Assembly (NCBI GenBank): GCA_964396385.1
Contig: CAYNFH010000005.1
Location: 1-63,590, forward strand
Source of the DNA: an uncultured Chthonomonadaceae bacterium
GTDB lineage: Bacteria > Armatimonadota > Chthonomonadetes > Chthonomonadales > CAJBBX01
Direction of reading: 5' to 3'
DNA length: 63,590 nucleotides
Shown in pieces: positions 53,085 through 61,787 of this stretch. Position 1 is the stretch's first letter. The number at the start of each line of letters is the position of its first letter. The translations under genes and the position numbers were made by a program. The notes beneath the pieces were generated by a model that ran no database searches, was not told the DNA's origin, and saw nothing but the letters and a program-made list of their open reading frames with translations.

Positions 53085-53951
53085 TTACCAGAGGTTACCG
53101 TCCAGCGACTGGATCCAGAGGTTCTTCGAGTACGAGAGCGACCCCTTGTGGACCGCCTTGGAGTGACCGTCCAGGAAGGTGGCGTTGCCGGTGCCCGTAT
53201 GGCGGTAGCGCGGGCGCAGGAAGCAGGTGCGATCCCAGTTCCAGTTCTGACCGTTCTGCGCCAGGTCGCAGTCTCCCACGCCGGGGCGCAACGCCCCCTG
53301 TGTTCCGGGCTTGTTGCCTACGTCGGCGGTCCCGTCAATGATGCACTGGCCGCTCGAGTCGTAGCCGGCGCACACACTGGCATCACAGAAGCTCCACTGG
53401 TCCGTGACGATCTCCATCCAGTTCTCGCCGCCGCTATTCTGGCCTTTGTCCATGAAGGCCATCATGTCTGCCGGACGATCGATCATAGCGAGCGTCACCA
53501 CGGGGCCGCCCTTCCAGTTGTTCCAGGAGGCGTCTCCGTCCGGGAAGAGTTTCGCGTTAACGCCAATCTTCCAGTTCTGGTTTCGCACGGGAGCGGAGGG
53601 GCAGTCCCACACTCCTCCATGGCCTCCAGAAGTTACGTTTGTTCCGGTTCCGGTCTGCGCGCCGTTCTTGATGTACGGATTCAGGATCTCGCTGATCTCC
53701 GGATAGGGCCAGCTACCGGGGGGATTGCCTTCTCGCGGCTGCTGGCGCTCCGGAAGCGTCTCGTCGTAGTCCTGAACGTACTGCATCACCGCCAGACCAA
53801 GCTGTTTGGTGTTGCTCAGACAGTTAATCGCGCGGGCCTTCTCCCGGGCCTGAGCAAACACGGGGAAGAGAATGGCTGCCAGGATCGCGATAATGGCTAT
53901 CACGACGAGCAGCTCGATCAGGGTGAAGGCCGTTCTACTTCGGTACGTCAT
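53085..53951 (-). CDS. prepilin-type N-terminal cleavage/methylation domain protein with H-X9-DG motif (second copy)
   Basis: [51 protein letters not shown] and C-terminal [19 protein letters not shown]. Confidence 0.85.
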   Translation of the reverse strand: MTYRSRTAFTLIELLVVIAIIAILAAILFPVFAQAREKARAINCLSNTKQLGLAVMQYVQDYDETLPERQQPREGNPPGSWPYPEISEILNPYIKNGAQTGTGTNVTSGGHGGVWDCPSAPVRNQNWKIGVNAKLFPDGDASWNNWKGGPVVTLAMIDRPADMMAFMDKGQNSGGENWMEIVTDQWSFCDASVCAGYDSSGQCIIDGTADVGNKPGTQGALRPGVGDCDLAQNGQNWNWDRTCFLRPRYRHTGTGNATFLDGHSKAVHKGSLSYSKNLWIQSLDGNLW

Positions 53952-54063
53952 TGGTTTCTCCTTGGAGCCTGAAGACGATTGCTCTACGCACTGCTAATGA
54001 TGATGCCGGGGAGATCGAGAAGCAGTACAGCCAGTATAAAGTATTCTTAATCGGAGTGCAACT

Positions 54064-54100
54064 GATTTAGTGGTAAATCCGCCTGATTTAGCGATAAATG
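54064..54100. promoter_or_regulatory. two tandem 16-bp palindromes (GATTTAGTGGTAAATC and GATTTAGCGATAAATG), candidate LacI operators, next to TATAAT 54124..54129
   Basis: Read directly. Centre-to-centre spacing is 21 bp. TATAAT ends 6 nt before ATG 54136, which suggests a leaderless lacI-like mRNA. Confidence 0.5.
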
Positions 54101-54135
54101 TTTAGCTGAACGTCCTGTCGGCGTATAATCGGCCT

Positions 54136-55203
54136 ATGCGGCGCAGCACTGCTCCTACCCTCGCCGACGTCGCGCAGCAAGCCGGAGTCACCGCGATGGT
54201 GGCTTCGGTAGTGCTCAACGGCGCGCGCTCCTCTACCCGCGTCTCCGCGGCCACGCGGGCGCGCGTCCAGGAGGCCGCCGCCCAGCTCGGCTACCGCCGT
54301 AATGCCCTGGCGTTCGGCCTCACCCGCAGCCGGATCGATACTCTCGGGGTGGTCGCAACCGTGGTCGGGGAGGATATCAACCTCTACTTCCTGGAGCTGC
54401 TCAGCGGAATCCTGAGTGCGGCCGTGGAGCGCGGCCAGTCCACCAAAGTTTTTTCGCTTGCCGACTGGAAGCAGGACGCGGGCCGCATCCCAGGATTCTG
54501 CGACGGCCGCGTGGACGGGATCATCCTGATCGCGCCTTCCTTGCCGGATGATGTAGCGCTTGCGCTCCCGGCCCATACGCCGTTTGTAGCGATCCACTGC
54601 GACCGGCCCCTGGCGGGCATCCCGAACATCGGGATAGACGATGAGGGGGCAGCATACAGGATTACGAGCGACCTGTTGACCCGCGGTCACCGGCGGATCC
54701 TCCACTTCTCCGGCGACGCCGACATCGCCAGCGCGGCACAGCGGCTGAAAGGCTACCGTCGCGCGCTGGCGGACGCGGGCATCCCGTGGGATCCGTCACT
54801 CGTGCTGCCGGGCGGGTACTACATCGGGTCCGGGCGGGAGAGCATGCTGCGAGTGCTGCGGGAGTTTCCCGGCCAGGCTATGCCCTCGGCCGTGTTCTGC
54901 GCCAGCGACGCCATCGCATACGGCACGATGGAGGTGCTGGCGGAGCAGGGCGTGCGCGTGCCGGACCAGATCTCCGTTGTCGGGTTCGATGACGTGCTTC
55001 TGGCCCGCACCACGCGGCCGCCGCTCACCACCGTGCGCCAGCCCTTCCGCGCCATGGGGCGCCGCGCGGTGGAGATCCTGCTGGCCCGCATTGCGCACGG
55101 TGACGACCACACGGCCGATGCGGAGGAAGATTCGCGCGCCGAGCTCTTCCCGGTGGAGATAGTGGAGCGCGAGTCCGTCGGGCCGCCAAGGAGCGACGGA
55201 TGA
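54136..55203 (+). CDS. LacI-family transcriptional regulator (second copy, divergent from pseudopilin)
   Basis: MRRSTAPTLADVAQQAGVTAMVASVVLNGARS HTH plus a sugar-binding core. The stop codon lies in repeat 55195..55231. Confidence 0.85.
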   Translation: MRRSTAPTLADVAQQAGVTAMVASVVLNGARSSTRVSAATRARVQEAAAQLGYRRNALAFGLTRSRIDTLGVVATVVGEDINLYFLELLSGILSAAVERGQSTKVFSLADWKQDAGRIPGFCDGRVDGIILIAPSLPDDVALALPAHTPFVAIHCDRPLAGIPNIGIDDEGAAYRITSDLLTRGHRRILHFSGDADIASAAQRLKGYRRALADAGIPWDPSLVLPGGYYIGSGRESMLRVLREFPGQAMPSAVFCASDAIAYGTMEVLAEQGVRVPDQISVVGFDDVLLARTTRPPLTTVRQPFRAMGRRAVEILLARIAHGDDHTADAEEDSRAELFPVEIVERESVGPPRSDG

Positions 55204-55231
55204 CGGAGGACGGGAGACCGACGGAGGTGAC
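55195..55231. repeat. GACGG-heptamer array (GACGGAT GACGGAG GACGGGA GACCGAC GGAGGTGAC), half element
   Basis: Its reverse complement matches the CCGTC arrays at 21366..21396 and 32831..32855 unit for unit, but in a different order. Confidence 0.65.
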
Positions 55232-55324
55232 CCATGGCCACATGTGCTAAGCCGCACTTTACGCCCCAGGAGTACCTGGCCGGGCGGTCTGCTCCGAGAG
55301 AATAGAGGATTGTCAGCAGTGGAA

Positions 55325-56422
55325 ATGAAAGTCCGGGCGGCGGTCATGCCGGCTCCTGGAAGGCCGGTTGAAGTGCGGGATTATCCTGCGCCAGAGCCGG
55401 AGCCCGGCGCGGTTATTCTGCGCACCATCGCCTCGGAGGTGTGCGGCACGGACGTGCACCTCTGGCACGGCCGCCTTGGGGGAGTGCCCTATCCGCTGAT
55501 CCCCGGCCACGTGAGTGTAGGGCAGGTGGAAGCTACCGGCGGCCCGGTGGCCGATACGGAGGGCAGGCCCGTCCGGCCCGGAGAGGTGGTCACCTTCCTG
55601 GACGTGTGGGGCACCTGCGGCCGGTGTCGCCACTGTGCCGTGCTCAAGGCCACCACGCGTTGTCCTCACCGTAAGGTCTACGGCATCACCCTGGGCGCAG
55701 AGGACGGACTGTGCGGCGGCTGGAGCGAGAGCATCTACCTCCGGCCAGGCGTCCTGATGCTGCCGCTGGCGCAGGGTGTGACGCCCGACCAGTGGATAGG
55801 AGCGGGCTGCGGCCTTCCCACCGCCGTCCACGCCGTGGAGCTGGCGCGCATCGGGCTGGGCGACCGGGTGCTCATCCAGGGGAGCGGTCCCGTGGGCCTC
55901 TCCGCCTGCGCGCTCGCCCTTCTGAGCGGGGCCGGCTGGGTGGGCGTCATCGGCGCGCCGGAGGTGCGTCTGGCCGCCGCCAAACGGTTCGGCGCGGACT
56001 GGGCCGCCGACGTGACCTCCACCACGCCGGAGGAGCGGCTACGCGCTGTACGGGACGTCACCGGCGGTTATGGTCCCGACGTCGTGATCGAGGCCAGCGG
56101 CAACCCCCAGGCAGTGCGCGAGGGGTGCGAGCTGGTGCGGGACGCCGGCCGTTACGTCGTGGTGGGACAGTACACGGATAACGGGGAAGTGGCGCTCGAC
56201 CCGCACCTCCACATCAACCGCAAGCATCTGGAGGTCCGCGGCTGCTGGGGCTCGGACTTCTCGCACCTCTGGCGAGCCATGGAAGTCCTCCGCCGCTTCG
56301 GAGGCCGCATGGACTGGTCCGCCCTCATCTCGCGCCGGTATACGCTGGAGGAAGCCGGCGAGGCCCTCCGCGACGTAGAGAACCTGAAGGTGGTAAAGGC
56401 CGTCATTGTACCAAACGGCTGA
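55325..56422 (+). CDS. zinc-dependent alcohol dehydrogenase / MDR-family oxidoreductase
   Basis: EVCGTDVHLWHG, GHVSVGQV, and the structural-Zn motif CGRCRHCAVLKATTRC. ATG 55325 (MKVRAAVMPAPG). Confidence 0.8.
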   Translation: MKVRAAVMPAPGRPVEVRDYPAPEPEPGAVILRTIASEVCGTDVHLWHGRLGGVPYPLIPGHVSVGQVEATGGPVADTEGRPVRPGEVVTFLDVWGTCGRCRHCAVLKATTRCPHRKVYGITLGAEDGLCGGWSESIYLRPGVLMLPLAQGVTPDQWIGAGCGLPTAVHAVELARIGLGDRVLIQGSGPVGLSACALALLSGAGWVGVIGAPEVRLAAAKRFGADWAADVTSTTPEERLRAVRDVTGGYGPDVVIEASGNPQAVREGCELVRDAGRYVVVGQYTDNGEVALDPHLHINRKHLEVRGCWGSDFSHLWRAMEVLRRFGGRMDWSALISRRYTLEEAGEALRDVENLKVVKAVIVPNG

Positions 56423-56426
56423 CGGG

Positions 56427-56542
56427 GATTTTCCATTTTCCATTTTTCAGTTTTCAATTCTCAATTTGAATTCCGGAGTGTTGGAAGACTCGTGGCCCAC
56501 CGTTCTGCAATGGAAAACCGAAAACCGAAAACTGAAAATCGG
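56427..56542. repeat. NNTTTTC-heptamer palindromic element with GAATTCCGGAG core (same family as 35992..36047)
   Basis: The left array is GATTTTC CATTTTC CATTTTTC AGTTTTC AATTCTC AATTTGA ATTCCGG. The right array is GGAAAAC CGAAAAC CGAAAAC TGAAAATC. The right arm encodes MENRKPKTENR of the kinase. Confidence 0.8.
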
Positions 56543-58126
56543 CCTACGGAGTTGCTGGCCGCCATCGTGGAGTCGTCGGATGACGCCATTGTCAGCACGG
56601 ACCTGGAGGGCATCGTCACGAGCTGGAACCCGGCGGCAGAGCGGATCTACGGCTACAAGGCCGAAGAGATAGTCGGCCGGTCCAAGGGCATTGCCATCCC
56701 GGTGGACATGCCGGAGGAGCTCCCGTCCATCCTCCGCCGCATCCGCGCGGGCGAGCGCATCGAGCATTATGAGACCTCACGCATCCGCAAGGACGGCTCG
56801 CGCATCACGCTCTCCATCAGCGTCTCACCCGTCCAGTCCCCGGATGGCGCCATTGTGGGCGCCGCCACCATCGCGCGGGACATCACTCAGAGGAAGCGTG
56901 AGGAGACGGCGGCGCTCATCCTGGCCAAGGCCGGCGAGATTCTGGCCGGCTCTCTGGACTATCGGGGCACGCTGGAACAGGTCGGGGACTTAGTGGTGCC
57001 TCGCCTGGCGGACTGGTGCGTCATCGACCTCGTGCGGGATGGCCGGATAGACCGCGTGGCCGCCGCCCACGTGGAGCCGGCCAGGCGGGAGCTGGCCCGC
57101 GACCTCACGCGCCGCTTTCCTCCGAGCCTGGAGTCGCGGTTCGGCGTAGCAGAAGTCATCCGCACGGGCCAGGCGCAGGTGGTGGCGGAGATCACCGAGG
57201 AGATGCTTCGGGTCCCCGGGCGGGAGGAAGAGTATTTCCGGGCCCTCCAGGATCTGGGGCTCCGCTCCGGCATCTGCGTGCCCATGGCCGCCCACGGCAA
57301 GGTGCTCGGGGCCATCACGCTCATCCTCGCAGACGGCGGCCGCCGGTACGGGCCGGAGGACCTGACGCTGGCGCAGGAGCTGGCTCGCCGCGCCGGCCTC
57401 GCCGTAGACGGCGCGCTGCTCTACGAGTCCGCCCAGCGCGAGATAGAGCGGCGGGAGCGCACAGAGGAGGCCCTGCGCAGCCACCAGGCGGAGATTGAGG
57501 CCCTCAACCAGCGGCTGCGCAGGGCCATGCAGGAGACGCACCACCGGGTCCGCAACAACCTCCAGCTTATCGCCGCGCTGGCGGACATGCAGGCGGCTGT
57601 GGACCGGCCCACGGTACCGCGGGAGGAGCTGGAGCGAATTGGCGGGCAGGTGCGCGCCCTCGCAGCCGTCCATGAGATCCTCACCCGGGAGGCGGGCGCC
57701 GGAGAGGACGCCAGCGACATGTCCTCACGGGAGATGCTGGAGAAGTTGGCCACCCTCATCCGCGAGACGACACCCGCACAGTCCGTTACCGCGGATGTGC
57801 AGGACGTGCGCCTCTCTGCCCGGCAGGGTTCCTCCCTCGCCGTCATCGCCAACGAGCTGGCCACCAACGCGCTCAAGCACGGGGCCGACCACGTCACTCT
57901 GCGCTTCACCGTGGACGGCGATGTCGCTTCCCTCCACGTGGAGGACAACGGGCCTGGGTTCCAGGAGGACTTCGAACTGCCGCAGGACGACCGCGCGGGC
58001 CTCTCCCTGGTCCGGCACATCGCCCAGTGGGACCTTCAGGGGTCTGTCCAGTTTGCCAACCGGCCCGGCGGCGGAGGCATCGTGACTCTCACCATGCCGC
58101 TTACGCCGGATGCTGTGCCCGCCTGA
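56492..58126 (+). CDS. cytoplasmic PAS-GAF-HisKA_2/HWE-type histidine kinase
   Basis: PAS domain (AIVESSDDAIVSTDLEGIVTSWNPAAERIYGY), GAF-like middle region, H-box ETHHRVRNNLQLIAALADMQ, and C-terminal ATPase domain. GTG 56492 or ATG 56510. Confidence 0.8.
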   Translation: MAHRSAMENRKPKTENRPTELLAAIVESSDDAIVSTDLEGIVTSWNPAAERIYGYKAEEIVGRSKGIAIPVDMPEELPSILRRIRAGERIEHYETSRIRKDGSRITLSISVSPVQSPDGAIVGAATIARDITQRKREETAALILAKAGEILAGSLDYRGTLEQVGDLVVPRLADWCVIDLVRDGRIDRVAAAHVEPARRELARDLTRRFPPSLESRFGVAEVIRTGQAQVVAEITEEMLRVPGREEEYFRALQDLGLRSGICVPMAAHGKVLGAITLILADGGRRYGPEDLTLAQELARRAGLAVDGALLYESAQREIERRERTEEALRSHQAEIEALNQRLRRAMQETHHRVRNNLQLIAALADMQAAVDRPTVPREELERIGGQVRALAAVHEILTREAGAGEDASDMSSREMLEKLATLIRETTPAQSVTADVQDVRLSARQGSSLAVIANELATNALKHGADHVTLRFTVDGDVASLHVEDNGPGFQEDFELPQDDRAGLSLVRHIAQWDLQGSVQFANRPGGGGIVTLTMPLTPDAVPA

Positions 58127-58134
58127 AGGCGGAA

Positions 58135-58196
58135 GGCGTTCAGGTGTTCAGGTGTTCAGGTATTCAGGTTCGGAATCCTGAACACCCGGTGTTCAC
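58135..58196. repeat. octamer-array element GYGTTCAG x4 / TTCGGAAT / CCTGAACACC + GGTGTTCAC
   Basis: A 10-bp stem (58159-58168 with 58177-58186, one mismatch) around loop TTCGGAAT. It lies between convergent genes and contains the stop codon of 58193..59866. Confidence 0.8.
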
Positions 58197-59866
58197 TCTC
58201 GCATCGGACAGACTTCGGAATCCAGCGCGGCCCGCTCGTAGAGCGGCAGGCGCTTTCCGGGCGGGGTCATCGAGACGACGGTGTCGCCTCGCCACCTGAT
58301 GCGCAGGTCCCAGTCCAGCAGCCGCTCGTCGCGCGTCTTCACCTCCAGCGGGAAGCGCACTGCGAGCTGGTCTCCGGCGCCGGCCTCTTCAATGCGGACG
58401 TAAGAGCCGCTCCAGGAGAACGGTACCGCCTCCCCGTTTCGCTCAACGGCAACCGCCCCGTCGCCACCCTCTGCTCCTCTCGCCCGCTCCCGTCCTCCGC
58501 CGCCCGGAGTGCGCACGAACAACGGGCCGGGTGAGCGGAGGCGCACCTCCACCCGGCCCTCGTGCGGCAGCCAGCTCAGCACGTCCGCGTCGGGGCCGAA
58601 GCGGTTGAGTGGCAGGTTCACGTAGAGGCCGTCGTCCCGGCGGGTCATGATCTTCTCCCATGCCTGGTACAGCGCCCGCGGCCCGGCCCCGCAGCAGCAG
58701 CCCATCATCACGCCGTCCACCACGAATTCGTTGGGCAGCGTCCGCCCCGCGTAGCCGCCCATGATCCGCGCGTCCATATCCACGTAGGAGTTCTGAGCCG
58801 TCTCGTCCGGCAGAGAGTCCTTACGCGGCTTCAGCCAGTCCTTTCGCGACCATTGGCTCTCCAGCAGGTGGTTGCGCGTGAACCGCTCCGCATGGGTCCA
58901 GTACTCCTCGTAACCCGCCTCCGCCAGCCTCAGCGCGACGTGCAGCATGTCCGTGATGTTGCACGTTTCGCTGTGCTTGGTGGTCTGCCGATGCTCTGTC
59001 CCAATCCCCTCCGGGAACCACCCGAACGAGCCGCAGGACGTTGCCATTGCCCAGTCGAACGCCCGCCTCACCCACTCCACCAGCTCCGGCTTGCCCACCA
59101 GGAGCGCGTACTCAAGCACGCCGGCCATGGAGAGCGACCGCGTGTGGAAGTGGCCCGCGGCCAGGTGCATCTCGTCCGGCCAGAAGGAGCCGTCCGGCCG
59201 GAAGATGTGGCTCTCGTCCACGATGTAGTGCATGAACCGCCGCCCCAGCTCCAGCGCCCGCTCATTGCCCGTGGCCGCCGCATAGGTAACGAGCGGCAGT
59301 ATCAGGGCTCCGCCGTTGTAGCAGCACGGCTCGCCTGGCACGGTGGGGTTCCACGCGTCCGGAAACCGGCCGGGATAGGGGAAGTAGCAGAAGGAGTGCC
59401 CGGCGCGCCGGCGCGCGATGTGGATGGCGATGGACCACAACCCCTCCACCATCCGGTCGATCAGCGCCTTCGTCTCCGGTTGCCGCTCCATCAGGTACCA
59501 GGTGACCAGCGCGTTCAGGGCGCGGCTCTGGTCGAACATCTCCGCTTCGCCCACGCACCAGGGCGTCTCCGGCCGGTAGGCCAGCCCATCGTTTGGATGG
59601 AGGCTCTGCACCAGGATCCGGCGGAACCCCTCCTCCACCTCTGTACCTGCTGTGTCGCCGGTCATCTCCCGCGCCAGAAGGAGCGAGTCGATGTACCGGC
59701 TGGTGACGTCGATGGTATCCCATGCGTTGTGCGTGGCCACCGGCGGGTCCGTGGTGACGTTGATATAGAAGTAGGGGTAACCGGTCTGGTGGTCGTGATT
59801 GGCCGTCATGTGGCCAATCGCCAGCCGCGCCCGGTCGCGCAGGTCCAGCGTATCCGGAACGAGCAT
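58193..59866 (-). CDS. GH127/DUF1680-like (alpha/alpha)6-barrel glycoside hydrolase
   Basis: HSETCNITDML (E-x-C) and MMGCCCGAGPRAL (CC), as in the Zn/Cys site of GH127 beta-L-arabinofuranosidases. Trimmed to ATG 59866 (AGGAG upstream), because the track start 60340 overlaps the divergent gene. Confidence 0.65.
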   Translation of the reverse strand: MLVPDTLDLRDRARLAIGHMTANHDHQTGYPYFYINVTTDPPVATHNAWDTIDVTSRYIDSLLLAREMTGDTAGTEVEEGFRRILVQSLHPNDGLAYRPETPWCVGEAEMFDQSRALNALVTWYLMERQPETKALIDRMVEGLWSIAIHIARRRAGHSFCYFPYPGRFPDAWNPTVPGEPCCYNGGALILPLVTYAAATGNERALELGRRFMHYIVDESHIFRPDGSFWPDEMHLAAGHFHTRSLSMAGVLEYALLVGKPELVEWVRRAFDWAMATSCGSFGWFPEGIGTEHRQTTKHSETCNITDMLHVALRLAEAGYEEYWTHAERFTRNHLLESQWSRKDWLKPRKDSLPDETAQNSYVDMDARIMGGYAGRTLPNEFVVDGVMMGCCCGAGPRALYQAWEKIMTRRDDGLYVNLPLNRFGPDADVLSWLPHEGRVEVRLRSPGPLFVRTPGGGGRERARGAEGGDGAVAVERNGEAVPFSWSGSYVRIEEAGAGDQLAVRFPLEVKTRDERLLDWDLRIRWRGDTVVSMTPPGKRLPLYERAALDSEVCPMRE

Positions 59867-59995
59867 GAAGAAGCTCCTGTCGGCTAAGAGTGTGTGATCA
59901 GGTTCGGCACTCACCCGTGCTACCCCTTGCCGGGCAGGACCGAGCAGGTTTATCCCGAACGCGTTATCGATATGCCAGTCCAAGAAGACGAGAGT

Positions 59996-61726
59996 ATGAA
60001 GTACCGGCCGTTGAAGGATGGTTCCGTCATCCAGGCGCAGGGTACGCTGGACCGCCGCTTCCGCGCCGCGTTCCGGCGGTTGGTGGAGGGCCCGGAGTAT
60101 ACGCGCGAGTTCATCCTCTCCGACGTCACCGGAGACTTCTGGCGCGTCTTCACCGAGTACTGCGGCGACATATCCGGCCGGTATCTCGGCGCGGTGGCCC
60201 TGGGTCGCACCTACACGCGTCATCCCTGTCCACGTGTGGACGAGGTGGCGCAAGGCGTCATCCAGGCGCAGAGGGAGGATGGCCACTTCAACCTGGATCT
60301 GGCTCCGGACACCATCCACTATCCTCTGATCTACGGCCATGGACGCTTACTCCAGGGCCTGGTGGAGTACCACTCCGTCACTCCTAGCTCCGTCGTGCTC
60401 GGCGCCATCCGGCGGCTGGCGGACTATTTCGTCCAGACAGCGCCGCGCTGGAGCGCTCCGGAGGTAGTGGAGAACGAGGAGTTCATCTACTACACGCAGG
60501 CCCTGGAGGGAATTGTCGGCGCATTCCGGCTCACCGGCGATCGCCATCACCTGGAGTTAGCCCGGTCGATGGCCGGCCTCCTCTGGTCCGAGCCCAAACA
60601 CCACTCTCACTCTTATCTCTCCAGCCTGCTGGGTGTCCTGGCCCTCTATGACGCCACCGGCGAGGAACCGTATCTGCGCTTCGTTACCGAACGGAGAGAC
60701 CAAGTCGCCGCAATGGTGACCGTAGACGGCGGTGTCACGGAGATGCTCCCGGACAAGCACGTCACGGAGTACTGCTCCGTGGCGGATTGGTTCATGCTCA
60801 ACGCCAGGCTCGGCCACGTGACCGGCCAGGCCGCCTACTACGAGGCAGCCGAGCGTATCCTGCTGAACGCCGTCTTCTTCAATCAGTTCGCCAACGGCGG
60901 TTTCGGCACATGGCGCGTGGACCGCAACAACGGCTACCTGGGCCGGGTGGAGGTAGGCAGCGCGGAGGCCTACTGGTGCTGCAGCTTTCACGGCGTACGC
61001 TCGCTATATGAGGCACTCATCCACATGTACACGGTGTCTGCCGAAGGAGTCCGCGTCAACCTGTTCATGGACAGTACGGTTCGCCTGCCGGATTTGGGCG
61101 GGATCACCATTCGGCAGCAGACAACCTATCCCGTCTCCGGTCGCGTCACTCTCACCGTCTCCGCTCCATCCAACCGGCAGCACACTCTGGAGCTGCGCTT
61201 GCCCTCCTGGGCGCGCTGGCCTGATCTCCGCCTCAACGGGGAGCCGTGCCCGTACGAGGTGCGGGACGGCTATCTCTGCGTGAGCCGCGCGTGGGGCTCG
61301 TCGGACGAGCTGCTCCTCCAGTTCGGCATGGATCTGAGGCTGGAGGGAGCGCTCCCCGCCGAGTGCCTGGCTATAGGAGAGACGTTGGAGCGTGTCTCGC
61401 TCTGGTGGGGACCGGTTCTGCTGGCTATCGACGAGATGTACAACGCGCGAGGGCCGAGCGACGCTGCCACTCCTTGGACCGCCCCCTCCTGCCTGCTCCT
61501 GCCTCCCGGCTCGCCTGCCTTGCCCGTTGCGCCGGCCCTTCCCGTGCCCGCGGAATGGCCGGGGCTTCAGTTCCAGGCGCGGGCTCTATCCGATCCGGGC
61601 GCCGGAGAGGGCCCGCCTCAGGGCGTCACGCTCACTCCATTGGCCCGTCGCATGGAGCTCCAGCCCACGTGCGCCCCCAGCACGCGGACCCGCTATGATG
61701 TCCGCGTCGTCTCCGGGCACTCCTGA
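59996..61726 (+). CDS. GH127/DUF1680-like glycoside hydrolase (divergent paralogue)
   Basis: DISGRYLGAVAL, VTEYCSVADWFMLNARL (E-x-C) and AYWCCSFHGVRSLY (CC). Start ATG 59996 or 59972. Confidence 0.65.
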   Translation: MKYRPLKDGSVIQAQGTLDRRFRAAFRRLVEGPEYTREFILSDVTGDFWRVFTEYCGDISGRYLGAVALGRTYTRHPCPRVDEVAQGVIQAQREDGHFNLDLAPDTIHYPLIYGHGRLLQGLVEYHSVTPSSVVLGAIRRLADYFVQTAPRWSAPEVVENEEFIYYTQALEGIVGAFRLTGDRHHLELARSMAGLLWSEPKHHSHSYLSSLLGVLALYDATGEEPYLRFVTERRDQVAAMVTVDGGVTEMLPDKHVTEYCSVADWFMLNARLGHVTGQAAYYEAAERILLNAVFFNQFANGGFGTWRVDRNNGYLGRVEVGSAEAYWCCSFHGVRSLYEALIHMYTVSAEGVRVNLFMDSTVRLPDLGGITIRQQTTYPVSGRVTLTVSAPSNRQHTLELRLPSWARWPDLRLNGEPCPYEVRDGYLCVSRAWGSSDELLLQFGMDLRLEGALPAECLAIGETLERVSLWWGPVLLAIDEMYNARGPSDAATPWTAPSCLLLPPGSPALPVAPALPVPAEWPGLQFQARALSDPGAGEGPPQGVTLTPLARRMELQPTCAPSTRTRYDVRVVSGHS

Positions 61727-61787
61727 AGGAAGAGATCGCCCGTCCAATGATCCCAACACGGCCTTGCTGCCGCTCTCCCGGCGGCCT

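Noticed and set aside
58135-58196. Tandem 7-8 nt arrays considered as possible CRISPR arrays.
   Set aside because: The units are 7-8 nt with no spacers and only 3-4 copies per arm, arranged as inverted arrays. No cas genes are present in the window.
59867-60340. The N-terminal 158 aa of track ORF 58193..60340. Similar 5' extensions occur in track ORFs 1766..2665, 14141..15163, 15160..16374, 42506..43147, 44362..45792, 49272..49871, 55244..56422 and 61788..63032.
   Set aside because: These extensions overlap neighbouring genes or repeat elements and lack SD sequences. Internal ATG/GTG codons with SD motifs give canonical N-termini such as HTH domains, signal peptides and Rossmann starts.
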